Below, in pieces: positions 40,284 to 53,276 of a DNA stretch of 64,000 nt. The DNA is from Eledone cirrhosa. Taxonomy: Eukaryota. The position numbers and the translations under genes were made by a program. The notes under the pieces are model-generated. The model was not told the DNA's origin. It did no database searches and saw only the letters and a list, made by a program, of their open reading frames with translations. The stretch lies in the NCBI GenBank assembly GCA_964016885.1, contig OZ024740.1, positions 269,142,001 to 269,206,000 on the forward strand. The letters run 5' to 3'. Positions within the stretch are counted from its first letter, which is position 1. Every line of letters begins with the position of its first letter.

Positions 40284-40407
40284 TAATATAGAAATGGCTT
40301 CTACAGGATTATAACTGTTTCATTCGAAGGAAATAATCAGGTAGGCTTTACTGATAATTTCCTTAGAATCAAACAATTCTAGTTCTGCAGAAGCCGTTTC
40401 TATATTA
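40284..40407. repeat. Older fold-back of the 52.7-kb HHR family (both cores decayed)
   Basis: Imperfect inverted arms; minus arm reads CTGATTA...GAAA cag-ttataatc-ctg TA gaagcc. Confidence 0.7.
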
Positions 40408-40540
40408 CATATTATATATACATATGTGTGTTTGTGTGTGTGTGTGTGTGTGCCTGTGTGTGTGTGCGTGCGTGTGTGCGTGTGTGTGCGTGCGTGTGTG
40501 TGTGTGCACGTGTCTATCCGCACACGATCATTATTTTTTC

Positions 40541-40727
40541 GGTGGATTGGCAGTATCGGTAGAGGGTCGGACGTCATGCTTTCCAGCATAGTTACGTCCC
40601 TTTACGATCTGAGTTCAAATCTCGCCGAGGTTGACTTTGCCTTTCATCCTTACGGGGTCGATAAAATAAAGTACCAGTAATGCACTGGGTAATTGCTGGC
40701 CTTGTGCCTAAAGTAGAAACAATTATT
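40541..40727 (+). mobile_element. tRNA-derived SINE, full length
   Basis: A-box-like tggcagtatcgg, B box gagttcaaatct, conserved central gactttgcctttcatccttacggggtcgataaaataaagtaccag, tail gaaacaattatt; seven copies in the window. Confidence 0.92.
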
Positions 40728-41315
40728 TTTTATATTTTCAAAAATGTTTGTTATCGTTCTCCTTATTTTTTCCTTATTCTGATGATATCAGTTGGCCAGT
40801 CCTCGCTTCCATTTTAACTCGTTGCTAATCTGTGAAATTTAAAATAGGCTTTGTTTTGCTAAGATATTTTTTTCTCCATCTTTCTTCCTTTCTTTATTCA
40901 TTTATTTATTTCATTCTTTTTTTTATTTGATTCATTTTTACTTTCTTCTTTACTATCTTTCTTTAGACGTTCTTCTTTCTGTTTCTTTATATCTCATTGT
41001 TTCTACAGTCACGTTTTTCAACTTTTCATTTCAGAGCATCCTGTGTTTTTCTACCAGATTTTTATCGACACAATTTCCTTCTTACATTATTTCATGTCAG
41101 ATATTTCTATTTTAACCTATTTTATATCATAATCATATAATGATTCAAACTCAAAGTTAAATAAATTTCCTCAAAATATTTAGAAGTTACACGTTGACAA
41201 ATTTGTAAACAAAATGCTTAATAAATTCAGAGGTACTCTCTTTTTAGCATTGAGTTTTAAAATAATTGCAGGTTCTCTGTTCATTTGATCAAATCTCTCT
41301 ATCTCTATCTATCTA

Positions 41316-41400
<85 letters not shown>

Positions 41401-41509
41401 GTGTATGTGTGTGGGTGTGTATGTGTGTCTGTGTGTCTATGTGTCTGTGTGTATGTGTGTGCTTTCGCAGGTAACGATCGGTTCGAGAAATCTTGTCTTT
41501 ACTATAAGA

Positions 41510-41602
41510 GAATCTCTTGAGAAGCCGACACCTCACAGCTTCAGTGTATTTTAATTGCACTTTTACTGCACACCAGTCGGCGAAACTGGATTGGTAAAAT
41601 TC
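41510..41602 (+). ncRNA. Hammerhead ribozyme candidate, U3-A8 core with long helix II insert
   Basis: gaatctc TTGAGAA gccgac...(~46 nt)...gtcggc GAAA ctg-gat-tgg TA aaattc; helix I partly mismatched. Confidence 0.6.
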
Positions 41603-41842
41603 ATCTTATCAAATGTTGCGTATTACAATTAAAAATAATTAATAAGAATTAAAAACTAAAAATTAAAGATTTAAAATTAAGAGGTAAGTTTTTTTTTCCT
41701 CTTCCTTGTTGAGAATGAGACTGGAAAATGAACTGGAAGATGAAAAAAACTTACCTCTTAATTTTAAATCTTTAATTTTTAGTTATTAATTCTTATTAAT
41801 TCTTTTTAATTGTAATACTCAACATTTGATAAGATGAATTTT
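41596..41842. repeat. Inverted repeat, ~100-bp arms, ~45-nt spacer
   Basis: aaaattcatcttatcaaatgttg...gaggtaagtttttt versus aaaaaacttacctc...caacatttgataagatgaatttt. Confidence 0.88.
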
Positions 41843-42076
41843 AATAATACACCGAAACCGGTATTACTTTATATACTGTATATGCATTATAAAAGTCTTT
41901 TTTAAAAGAATTGTCCATCTCATTTTTTTCAATACTGTCACCTTGACGAATCAAAGAAAGGAAAAAAAAAAGGAAAAAACAGACACTTAAATATATTTTC
42001 CGTGCTATTTACAAAATGACCTTTTCTCTATAACCACTGTTTTGTATAGAACCTTACTTTCCTTTTCTAATATATA

Positions 42077-42120
<44 letters not shown>

Positions 42121-42181
42121 ACAGACAGCAACAATGACAGGTCAACTGTTATTTTAGCCACTACTACCACCACACAACAAA

Positions 42182-42225
<44 letters not shown>

Positions 42226-42878
42226 AAGAGAAAGAGATAAACGAAAATGTGAATTTTTATATATATGTAAAGTATGTTCTCTAATATCCTCTTCTAGTTA
42301 ATATACACCTTAACTTTAGCATATACTTTTTATATTTCCTGTAGCATGAAGAAATTAGAATGTTTATCAACTGAAACCGGTACTATATATTGTTTTTAAA
42401 AAAAAGAAATTTTCTGTTTTTCTATGAGAAAATCCTATTAGCCTTTTCAGGTTTTTTTCTTATTTTCCTAATATGTCACTTTTCAATATCCTAAATAAAT
42501 ATATGTGTGTATGTGTGTGTGTATGTATGTGTGTGAGTGCGTGTATGTGTGTGTGTATGTATGTATGTGTGTGTGTGAGTGTGTGTGTGTGTGTTCGCGC
42601 GCGCGCGTGTGTGTGATTTGTATATCAAATAATATACGATTTATTTACGAATAAACATTTGAAAGCCTTTAGGTATGAATTTTAAAGGTAATTACTGACG
42701 TCCTCTACATTGTTCCAGCAGAGGCAAAGGTTATGTGTATGGGCTTATTAGCCTCATTTGCATATGTTGCTTTAAGCTGGTTCAGCCTGAATAAGAATTA
42801 TAATGTTCATTCCAACATAGCTATATACATATAAGGTTTGTATATCGAATAATATATATATGTGTCTGTCTTATGTAC

Positions 42879-42914
<36 letters not shown>

Positions 42915-43457
42915 ATAAGCATATATATGCGTATATATGTGTGTATATATGTGTGTGTGTCTGTGTGTGTGTGCGTGTGTGTATGTGCGTGTGTGTGTGT
43001 ATGTGTGTGTGTATTATGTTTCAATATTTTTATCCATTACCGGTGATATTTACTCACTCAAGAATAAGTTATAAAGTTATAACATATATAGATTTTACAC
43101 GTAAAACCTCTACTCGATACACTCATTTATATATAGAGAGCGAACTGGACTGGCTAGGATTCATTAGCAGTAGCACTAACATATATGGTGTATAATAGAG
43201 GTACTTATATGAACATATATGGTGTATTTATTTGTAACAAACATCGATAAATTATATACATGAAACATATACAAGACTTGCTGTCAATGTTTGTACCTGG
43301 CGTTATCACACGGCTACGGAGATTGCTGTGGCATGTGGAATTGTAGAATTCTAAATTTTAGTCTAAAATATATCATCTGAAAGTTACTACGTCTCGTATT
43401 CTATGGTTGTTCATTGTTATTTAAGGGTTTAGTAGAAATTCATACAAGAACAACATT

Positions 43458-43650
43458 GGTCGGTGGATTGGCAGTATCGGTAGAGGGTCGGACGCCATGC
43501 TTTGACGCATAGAGTTACGACCCTTGCCATTCTGAGTTCAAATCCCGCCGAGGTTAACTTTGCCATTTGTCCTTACGGGGTCGATAAAATAAAGTACCAG
43601 TAATGCACTGGGTAATTACTGACCTTGTGCCAAAAGTAGAAACAATTATT
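43458..43650 (+). mobile_element. tRNA-derived SINE, full length
   Basis: Same family as 40541-40727. Confidence 0.92.
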
Positions 43651-44219
43651 TCTAGTAGCCTGTGGATGTGTCCCTGTAAATATTTCTGCTGTTGATCGTT
43701 TAGGGTTTAGCAGAAAGTCATACAAGAACACCATTGCATTTTATTGTTCATTGCTATTTAAGGGTTTAGCAGAACGTCATACAAGAACGCCATTGCATTT
43801 TATTTTTTATAGTAGGCGGTGGATGTGTCCCTGTAATTATTTGTTTTGCTGTAAATATTTCTTTTCCTGCTAATCGTTTGGATTCTGGGAAAACTGGTGG
43901 TCTAAGAATGTAAACTACACAGCTAGTGTGAATATCAGCGAATTTATTCATCTCATCTTATACTACCATCCATCTACAGAAACATTTCCAACCAACACAA
44001 ATTATAAACTTAATTCATAATATATTTCTTAACTCAGTTCTAAAAACCTACAACCCACCAGACCTGATGAAATTAGCTGGGATGTCGTTTTGAACATGTA
44101 TCTAGGCCCTACATGTAGGGAACTCGCATTCTTATGATGAACATCGGCGAAATCTCAAAATTAATGGCAATCCTTTCGTTGTAAAAATAAATATCACTAC
44201 ATAGAAGATTCATACTTGA

Positions 44220-44310
<91 letters not shown>

Positions 44311-44344
44311 TCATGTTTAAAGATGGCCAATCTTTCACAGTGAA

Positions 44345-44510
44345 AACAACTTCGCTTGCAACTCGCAGAACCTGATCTATGTAATCACATGCGGTGGCTG
44401 TCGACATAACTATATAGGACAGACGCGGTTGTCATTCCGCAATAGAATGACCATCCATCGCCAACATATGCGAGACGTAAACACAAGGAAAGTCTCCTTA
44501 AGTAGCCATA
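44345..44510 (+). pseudogene. PLE GIY-YIG nuclease fragment
   Basis: Hand translation: NNFACNSQNLIYVITCGGCRHNYIGQTRLSFRNRMTIHRQHMRDVNTRKVSLSSH, homologous to 7360-7530. Confidence 0.85.
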
Positions 44511-44519
44511 AGATGAATT

Positions 44520-45238
44520 TTAAAGGATTGGTGAAGATTTCAGATGGGGGCGGCGAAGGGGGGGGGGGGGGCGGGGGGGCAATGTAAGCTAGAGATAATT
44601 GCTATATGACTACTCCCCACTACCCCCCTCTCTCTCTATATATATATATATATTAGAAATGGGAAGTAAGGTTCTATGCAAAACAGTGGATATAGAGAAA
44701 TAGCACGGGAAATATATTCAAGGGTTTTAATAATTGTTTCTACTTTTGGCACAAGGCCAGCAATTATCCCAGTGTATTACTGGTACTTTATTTTATCGAC
44801 CCCCGTAAGGATGAAAGGCAAAGTTAACCTCGACTTGATTTGAACTCAGACAGTAAATGGACGTAACTATGCTAGAAAGCATGGCGTCCAACCCTCTACC
44901 GATACTGCCAATCCCCACCGGTAATACTTTATATACATTATCAAACTTTTTTTTTAAATAATTGTCCCTCTGACTTTTCAATAATGGTATCTATTCAATA
45001 ATGTCACTTTGACGAAACAAAGAAAGGATGAAAAAAGAAAAACAGACCCTTGAATATATTTCCCGTGCTATTTCTCTATATCCACTGTTTTGCATAGAAC
45101 CTTACTTCCCATTTCTAATATATATATATAGAGAGAGAGAGAGGAGGGTAGTGGGGAGTAGTCATATAGCAATTATCTCTAGCTTACATCCCCCCCCCCC
45201 TTCGCCGCCCCCATCTGAAATCTTCACCAATCCTTTAA
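44520..45238. repeat. Inverted repeat, ~195-205-bp arms (44520-44725 and 45046-45238) enclosing a SINE
   Basis: Arms are near-identical reverse complements apart from homopolymer and microsatellite length. Confidence 0.9.
44728..44920 (-). mobile_element. tRNA-derived SINE
   Basis: Same family as 40541-40727, reverse orientation. Confidence 0.9.
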
Positions 45239-45306
45239 CATAATTAAGACTATTCCTAAAAATATTTTTGTTCTTTGAAAAGACACAACTACCACCATTA
45301 CTACTG

Positions 45307-45379
<73 letters not shown>

Positions 45380-45732
45380 GACTACCTCTGTCTCTATCTA
45401 TAAGGTTCCATTTTAGACTAAGTCTTCGCAACAAGAAAGATGAACAGACCTCTTCACACTTAATTTTAAATTTTGAATTTTGAATTCTTTTTTATTTTTT
45501 TATTTTTTTTATTGTAATGTTCAACATTTGATAAGATGGATTACACTGATACATCGAACCGGTTATCTTCTATATATTTTATATATATTATAAAACTCCT
45601 TTTTCAAAAAGAATTGTTCCTCTCATATTTTCAATAATGTCAATTTGACGAATCAAAGAAGAAAAGAAGAAAAACATCCTTAAATATATTTTCCGTGTTA
45701 TTTCCAATTATATATATATATATAAATATATA

Positions 45733-48636
45733 TACAGATAAATCCAACAATTAATGGTAGGGTCTAAGCCGTCTGAAGAAATGTAATCCGAAATAGTTCA
45801 TTGGGTACAGAGTCAAAAGTACAAATAGTGAAAACAATGAAATTAAACAAAAAACGGTTAAGTAAGTATTGTCTTTCCATAGCAATACGGATATTAGACG
45901 AGATTAAGAGCTCAACTAAATATATTAATTAATGAAGATTACATTGAGTTCTTCATACGGCTTAGACCCTACCATTAATTGGTGGATTTATCTGTGTACC
46001 CTGCTCCTTTTTTATTGAATTTTCATTAATTAATATATTTAGTTGAGCTCTTAATTTTATCTAATATCCGTATTGCAATGGAAAGACAATACTTAATTAA
46101 CCGTTTTTTGTTTAATTTCATTGTTTCCACTATTTGTATTTTTGACTTTATCCAATGAATTATATCGTTGAAAATTTTGTATTTTAAACTTTGCTTCAAG
46201 ACATCTTCTACATACGGATTACATTGAGTTCTTCATACGGTTTAGAACCTACCATTAATTGGGGGATTTATCTGTGTACCCTGCTCCTTTTTTATTGATT
46301 TTTTCATTAATTAATATATTTAGTTGAGCTCTTAATCTTCTCTTATATCCGTATTGCAATGGAAAGACAATACTTAACTAACCGTTATTTGTTTAATTTC
46401 ATTGCTTTCACTATTTGTATTTTTGACTCTGAATCCAATGAATTATATCGTTGAAAATGTTTATTTTAAACTTAGCTTCACGACATCTTCTACATACGAA
46501 TTAGATTTTTTCATACGGATGAGACCCTACCATTAATTTGTGGATTTATCTGTGTACCTTGCTCCTTTTTTATTCATTTTTTTTCATTAATTAATATATT
46601 TAGTTGAGCTCTTAATCTTGTCTTATATCCGTATTGCAATGGAAAGACAATACTTACTTAACCGTTATTTGTTTAATTTCATTGTTTTCACTATTTGTAT
46701 TTTTGACTCTGTATCCAATGAATTATTTCGTTGAAAATTTTGTATTTTAAACTTTGCTTCAAGACATCTTCTACATACGGATTACATTGAGTTCTTCATA
46801 CCGCTTAGAACCTACCATTAATTGGTGGATTTATCTGTGTACCCTGCTCCTTTTTTATTGTTTTTTTTATTAATTAATATATTTAGTTGAGCTCTTATCC
46901 TGACTAATATCCGTATTGCAATGGAAAGACAATACGTAATTAACCGTTTTTTGTTTAATTTCATTGTTTTCACTATTTGTATTTTTGGCTCTGTAATCAA
47001 TGAATTATATCGTTGAAAAATTCGTATTTTAAATTTTGCTTCACGACATCTTCTACATACGGATTACATTGAGTTCTTCATACGGCTGAGTCCCTACCAT
47101 TAATTGGTGGATTTATCTGTGTACCGTGCTACTTTTCTTTTGATTTTTTCATTAATTAATATATTTAGTTGAGCTATTAATCTTGTCTAATATCCGTATT
47201 GCAATGGAAAGACAATACTTAATTAACCGTTTTTTGTTTAATTTCAATGTTTTCACTATTTGTATTTTTGACTCTGCATCCAATGAATTATCTCGTTGAA
47301 AATTTTGTATTTTAAACTTTGTTTCAAAACATCTTCTACATACGGATTACATTGAGTTCTTCATACGGTTTAGAACCTACCATTAATTGGGAGATTTATC
47401 TGTGTACCCTGCTCCTTTTTTATTGATTTTTTCATTAATTAATATATTTAGTTGAGCTCTTAATATTCTCTTATATCCGTATTGCAATGGAAAGACAATA
47501 CTTAACTAACCGTTATTTGTTTAATTTCATTGTTTTCACTATTTGTATTTTTGACTCTGTATCCAATGAATTATAACGTTGAAAATTTTTATTTTAAACT
47601 TGGCTTCACGACATCTTCTACATACGAATTAGATTTTTTCATACGGATGAGACCCTACCATTAATTTGTGGATTTATCTGTGTACCCTGCTCCTTTTTTG
47701 TTGATGTTTATCATTAATTAATATATTTAGTTGAGCTCTTAATCTTCTCTTATATCCGTATCGCAATGGAAAGACAATACTTAACTAACCGTTTTTTGTT
47801 TAATTTCATTGTTTTCACTATTTGTATTTTTGACTCTGTATCCAATGAATTATATCGATGAAAACTTTGTATTTTAAACTTTGCTTCACGACATCTTCTT
47901 CATACGGATTACATTTCGTCATACGGATGAGATCCTACCATTAATTGGTGGATTTATCTGTGTACCCAGCTCCTTTTTTATTGATTTGTTTTATTAATTA
48001 ATCTATTTATTTGAGCACTTAATCTTGTCTAATATCCCTATTGTAATGGAAAGACGATACTTAATTAACCGTTTTTTGTTTAATTTCATTGTTTTCACTA
48101 TTTGTATTTTTGACTCTGTATCCAATGAATTATATCGTTGAAAATTTTGTATTTTAAACTTGGCTTCACGACATCTTCTACATACGGATTAGATTGAGTT
48201 TTTCATACGGCTTAGACCCTACCATTAATTGGTGGATTTATCTGTGTACCCTGCCCCTTTTTTATTGATTCTTTCATTAATTTATATATTTATTTGAGCT
48301 CTTAATCTTGTCTAATATCAGTATTGCAATGGAAAGACAATACTTAATTAACCGTTTTTGTTTAATTTCATTGTTTTCAGTATTTGTATTTTTGACTCTC
48401 TATCTAATGAGTTAAATCGTTGAAAATTTTGTATTTAAACTTGGCTTCACAACATCTTCTACATACGGATTACATTTCTTCATACGGCTTAGACCCTACC
48501 ATTAATTGCTGGTTTTATCTGTGTACCCTGCTCCTTTTTTTATTGATTTTCTCATTAATTAATATATTTAGTTGAGCACTTAATCTCGTCTAATATCTGT
48601 ATTGCAATGTTTAATTTCATTGTTTTCACTATTTGT
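45733..48636. repeat. Tandem array of ~10 units of ~281 bp, preceded by one inverted partial unit (45733-45935)
   Basis: The motif tagaccctaccattaattggtggatttatctgtgtaccc recurs near 45961, 46241, 46520, 46804, 47085, 47369, 47648, 47927, 48211 and 48488; short (TA)n at both ends. Confidence 0.95.
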
Positions 48637-48653
48637 ATATATATATATATACA

Positions 48654-48739
48654 TAACGCATCGCCCAGTTCTATAATCGAACTCACAACCTCACGATAGC
48701 GTATCCAATTCTCTTACCACTCAGCCACACGCCTTCACA
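48654..48739 (-). mobile_element. tRNA-like SINE head
   Basis: Minus: ggcgtgTGGCTGAGTGGtaagag...gaGTTCGATT, with Pol III A and B boxes. Confidence 0.7.
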
Positions 48740-49137
48740 TATATATATATGCCCGAAATGTCGCACCCACTGTCCCCACTCTCACTAAGCAGGAATCTAA
48801 TACCATTTGCAACTTGCACTCCTGCGTTGTATTTTTTTATAATCCTATATATATATATATATATAGGAATATAAAAAACAACAACGCAGCAGTGCAATTT
48901 GCAAATGGCATTAGATTCCTGCTTAGTGAAAGTAAGGATAAAAGATGAAATCGAAAATGCAACTGCACTCTTTTTTTTTTAAATATATATTCATTTGGCT
49001 CCTTTACCGCTTTCGCAGCTCTTCTGCTTTTCAAAAGTAGAATTGAGATGGAGGGTTTGTGGTTTTTCTCACATCTTGTTGGTCTTTGAATGTTACTTCT
49101 GTTTTATATTGAAAAAAGTGGCTCGAAATGCTAGGTT

Positions 49138-49248
<111 letters not shown>

Positions 49249-49997
49249 ATGTGAGTATATATATATATCATTATAAAATAGTGAATGATGTATGTATACA
49301 CATAAATATCCAATGATATCAATATATAATAAGACATATCAAACTTGAACAGGAAACAATCAGTATAGAATGTAAGAATACATTTGTCGTTAGAGTATCA
49401 GATTAAAATTTAACAAAAAGAACAAAAAATGATATATAACTCCCTCATATGTATCCTTCACAAAACATTGAATACATTTCACGAAAAATCGGTGAAGTTA
49501 GATAATCGATTTTGGATCGTCAGTGAGGGAATCGATCAATCTAAAACTTACAACCGTTAGCATGCAGAATTGAAGGCGACGAGAAGAGTACATGGTATTG
49601 AATTAAAAAAACAAAACAATGCACGCATTTACCGCCCGCAATGGTTTGAAAAGGTTCAGTCCAACTAGAAATAGTAGTCTAACCTCTCAACATATTAAAC
49701 AGCTCAAATAAATAGGAGTATAAATATATTATATATATTACATTCAAAGTTATGGATGTCATGATTATATATAGGTCAGGAATTTACCATTTTAAACTAG
49801 TAAGACCATTATTCAGCAGAGTACTTGATACTTTGCATAGTAGAGCGTAAATGTATTAGAGAATCGGGGCCCGCCTGCTGAGATCTTGCCGTTTCGTGTA
49901 TTTGTGTATGAGAGCAAGGATAAATGGAGGTTATAGGAACTATGTGTCTGTGGGTGGGAGTTGGGTCCATTAGGAAAAGTAGTTCCAACGCAAACAA

Positions 49998-51420
49998 TTA
50001 AGTTCTATTCGGCCTGGTGAATCCGTGGTGTAAATATAAGTCTGAGACGATGAGGGGACGAGTAATATATATATTCACACGCATATATATAAAAATACTT
50101 TCTCTTAATTTCGAGTATATTTTTGACCGGCCACCTTCCTGGTGGCAAGTTTGTAAGAGAAAAGAAATTGTCATTCCTTGAATTGCAAGAATGTTTTGCA
50201 AATTTTGAAGGTGCCAGCCATCGCAGCCATTTGTAGTCTATGAATTCGGGAGCTGCGCTTTTTATCCACAAATCCAAGTTCAGTTATACTTTGGTCCAAG
50301 CGGGTTGATATATAACCTGTAGCTCCAATAATGATAGGTATGAAGCTGAAGGTGTATATCGGATACTGGATCTTCAAACTCCTCACCAATGTTCCGTAGA
50401 TGTCCTCCTGCTCTTGTATGTTTATTACAACGTTGACATCAAGTGGGCAGTTGATCTCTACAACAGAGCACGTTTTCAATGTGTGGTCCCAAACAACAAT
50501 ATCAGACCGGTTGTGCTTTAATTTGATGGCAGTTTTTATTTTCAGGTTCCACCAGTATTCTTTAATGCGATCTATCTCAACATATTCCTCCTCAATTGTT
50601 TTTAATTTTGTTTCCTAAGTGCATTCCAGATGGTTCTAGCTATCACACCGTGTCTCATAGGAAGGTAGTAACGAGACGAAATTCTTTCGCAGTTGGCAAC
50701 AATATGGCTAACATCTCCGATCTTTGTTTTACAAAGGCTACATTTATTGTCAACTGATGGCCATCCTCCTTTGTGTAGCAGATATTTAGTAGGAATTTCT
50801 TGTTCTTTTATTGCATAGAGATATCCTTCAAGGTGGGATGTCATAAACTTGTCGAAACTCTAGGTCATGCTTTTTGAATGATTCATTCCCTCTATAGTCT
50901 GTGGTTTTCGTCTCAGGAACCCATGTACAACTTTCTCTGTAAATTGGTCCATTTTTTATCTTGTTCGAACATTGAATAGGATCTTCCAATTTCCCTGGGA
51001 GAGATATTTATATCAGGCCATATTCCATATCTCTCCTCCAGATCAGTGTTTATCCTAATGATATTATTTTCCTTCATGCTCATAGACCTTTTTCTTCTGC
51101 TGAAGATGTTACTATTCAGGTCTCGTATGATGTTAATATGGATTTTAGACCCGGCCAGCTTCCTTGCGTGAGAAGTATAGCCTATCCACATCACCATTGA
51201 TGTTAAAGTTTCCATTAACACTGAGAAGCTTGCGAGTTCTTACATCCATCTCACTTAGTTCTTGCAATGACCAGTTCAGCAGATCAAATGTTGCCGTTAG
51301 GATTGGCACAACATAAGTATTGTGGGCAATGTATTTGTTGTACGCTGATAGTTCTGATGAGCTTATTTTCTTTACTCTCCTGAGGTATTCAGTTCTGGTT
51401 CTCTCCTTATTTATGGATCC
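49998..51420 (-). mobile_element. 3' part of an R4/Dong-like non-LTR retrotransposon (CCHC finger plus restriction-like endonuclease), decayed
   Basis: EGYLYAIKEQEIPTK...KCSLCKTKIGDVSHIVANC...YLPMRH; SDIVVWD...CSVVEINCP...IPIIIGATG; several frameshifts. Confidence 0.82.
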
Positions 51421-52584
51421 TTCATATCTGATATTCTCATCCTGTCCAAGATATCTGTAGTTGTACCTATATATGCATGCATGTAAATATATATATATAT
51501 ATATATATATTCATACACACACAGACACCACATACGCACAAACACACGCATACACACATATACATATACCCGCGCACACACAGCGTGTGTGTGCTTACTG
51601 AGGTGAAAGCATTTAACAAACAAATACATATATATCCAAATGCTGCAAAAGGAGAAACTTAACCTTTTCTTTTATTTATAATATAATAACTTCCTCAAAT
51701 ATTACTAGAAGACTTCAGAGAATAAATGAATACGGATTCCTATCGAGTATTGAGAGCCTCTTCTATTGAAAAATAAAACTCCTTTAACATAACTCATAAA
51801 AATCAATAATTCTTTTACAATAATTCTTATACAATTTTTAGAAGCCGTTAAAAGCTAAAAAAAACTGAAAGCCTGTTAGAACAGCAATCGTGATGACTAA
51901 AAAGGTCTTTCATTTTACTTTATTTCATAACATTTTTAATAGAACAAGCTGTAGTTGTTTTAATATTTTTAGTAAATCATAAGCAAACGGATTTTCCATG
52001 TTGCCACAGGTCTGGCAGAGATATTGGTTATGGAACAAGAGATATCCTTCAACTCCAACGCAAGAAAGAACATAAAAGAAAATGTGATTTTGAAAGAAAT
52101 AAAATTAGTGAATTTTAATAATAATAAAAAAAAAAGAAATGTATTTGGCATTACATTAAAATTTCCTTTTGTAATTATTTCTTCTAACAAAAAAAGCGAT
52201 GGAGTAGCAGAAACGGTAGATTGACGGGTGAAATTCCTTAACGTAAACTGAATGTAGTCCGTAAGACAATCCTGGCAAGTTGAAGTGTCCGCCTACTCTT
52301 TTGGAAAGTTTCTAGGTATTCGAAAATCAAACATTGTGTTTAGAACTTCAATAAATGTGTAAATACCTAGGTGACTTTCGTTTTTTTTCTTCGCTTCCAC
52401 ATTGGATTCACCCGTGTATGGAGGTATCAATATACACATTGAACACATCCTCGTGGCTGTAATAGTATGAGGCTGTACTACTATTTTATCAACGCAACAA
52501 TGCATACGTGGTATGTCTAGAAACTTTACTGAAGGAATACGACAAGTGTTTTCCATTTTCTGGTTCCCATGGGGGTATCATGTA

Positions 52585-52683
<99 letters not shown>

Positions 52684-52688
52684 ATTTC

Positions 52689-52819
52689 ATAGAAGGAGCT
52701 TCTACAGGACTAGTACTGTTTCATTCAGATGAAATCTTCAGGAAGCGCAATCTTCCAATCAGCTTCCTGAAGATTTCATCTGAATAAAACAGTACTAGTC
52801 CTGTAGAAGCTCCTTCTAT
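52689..52819. repeat. Fold-back, ~58-bp arms and 15-nt spacer, composed almost entirely of a hammerhead motif
   Basis: atagaaggagcttctacagg...caggaagc / gcttcctg...cctgtagaagctccttctat. Confidence 0.92.
52698..52746 (-). ncRNA. Type I hammerhead ribozyme, GUA cleavage triplet
   Basis: Minus: gcttc CTGAAGA t ttc-atct-gaa t GAAA cag-tactagtc-ctg TA gaagc; the plus-strand twin (52762-52810) has GAAA changed to AAAA. Confidence 0.85.
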
Positions 52820-52898
52820 AAAATAAAAAAAATTTTACTCTGCCATGTATTGAGTACCTTACTTACTGTGGTTATCCCCGACTCAACCCGGGACCTAC

Positions 52899-52987
<89 letters not shown>

Positions 52988-53014
52988 TAGTAACACAACA
53001 GTTAGTTCACCATA

Positions 53015-53054
53015 CTGAGAACAATTGTTTCACCTTATTCGGATCTTCAGCTCG
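53015..53054 (-). ncRNA. Minimal hammerhead ribozyme in an ~85-bp island between (TA)n tracts
   Basis: Minus: cgag CTGAAGA t cc-gaataa-gg t GAAA caattg TT ctcag. Confidence 0.75.
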
Positions 53055-53066
53055 GACTGGTAATGG

Positions 53067-53190
<124 letters not shown>

Positions 53191-53276
53191 GTGAAAGGTA
53201 ACAGACATAACAACACAACCGGTACAGTATATGGAAGGAATATATTAGGTTAACGCTTGAAATAGCAGGAAGAGGG

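Noticed and set aside
44063-44165. CTGATGA...GAAA as another long hammerhead
   Set aside because: Helices I and III do not pair convincingly
45772-45800. CTGAAGA...GAAA in the inverted leader of the tandem array as an intact HHR
   Set aside because: No helix II or helix I pairing; kept only as a hint in the array finding
48654-48739. tRNA gene (likewise the heads of the seven SINE copies)
   Set aside because: A and B boxes are present but there is no complete cloverleaf or acceptor stem; SINE heads
52200-52587. Non-repetitive coding-looking stretch on the minus strand
   Set aside because: Multiple stops and no recognisable homology
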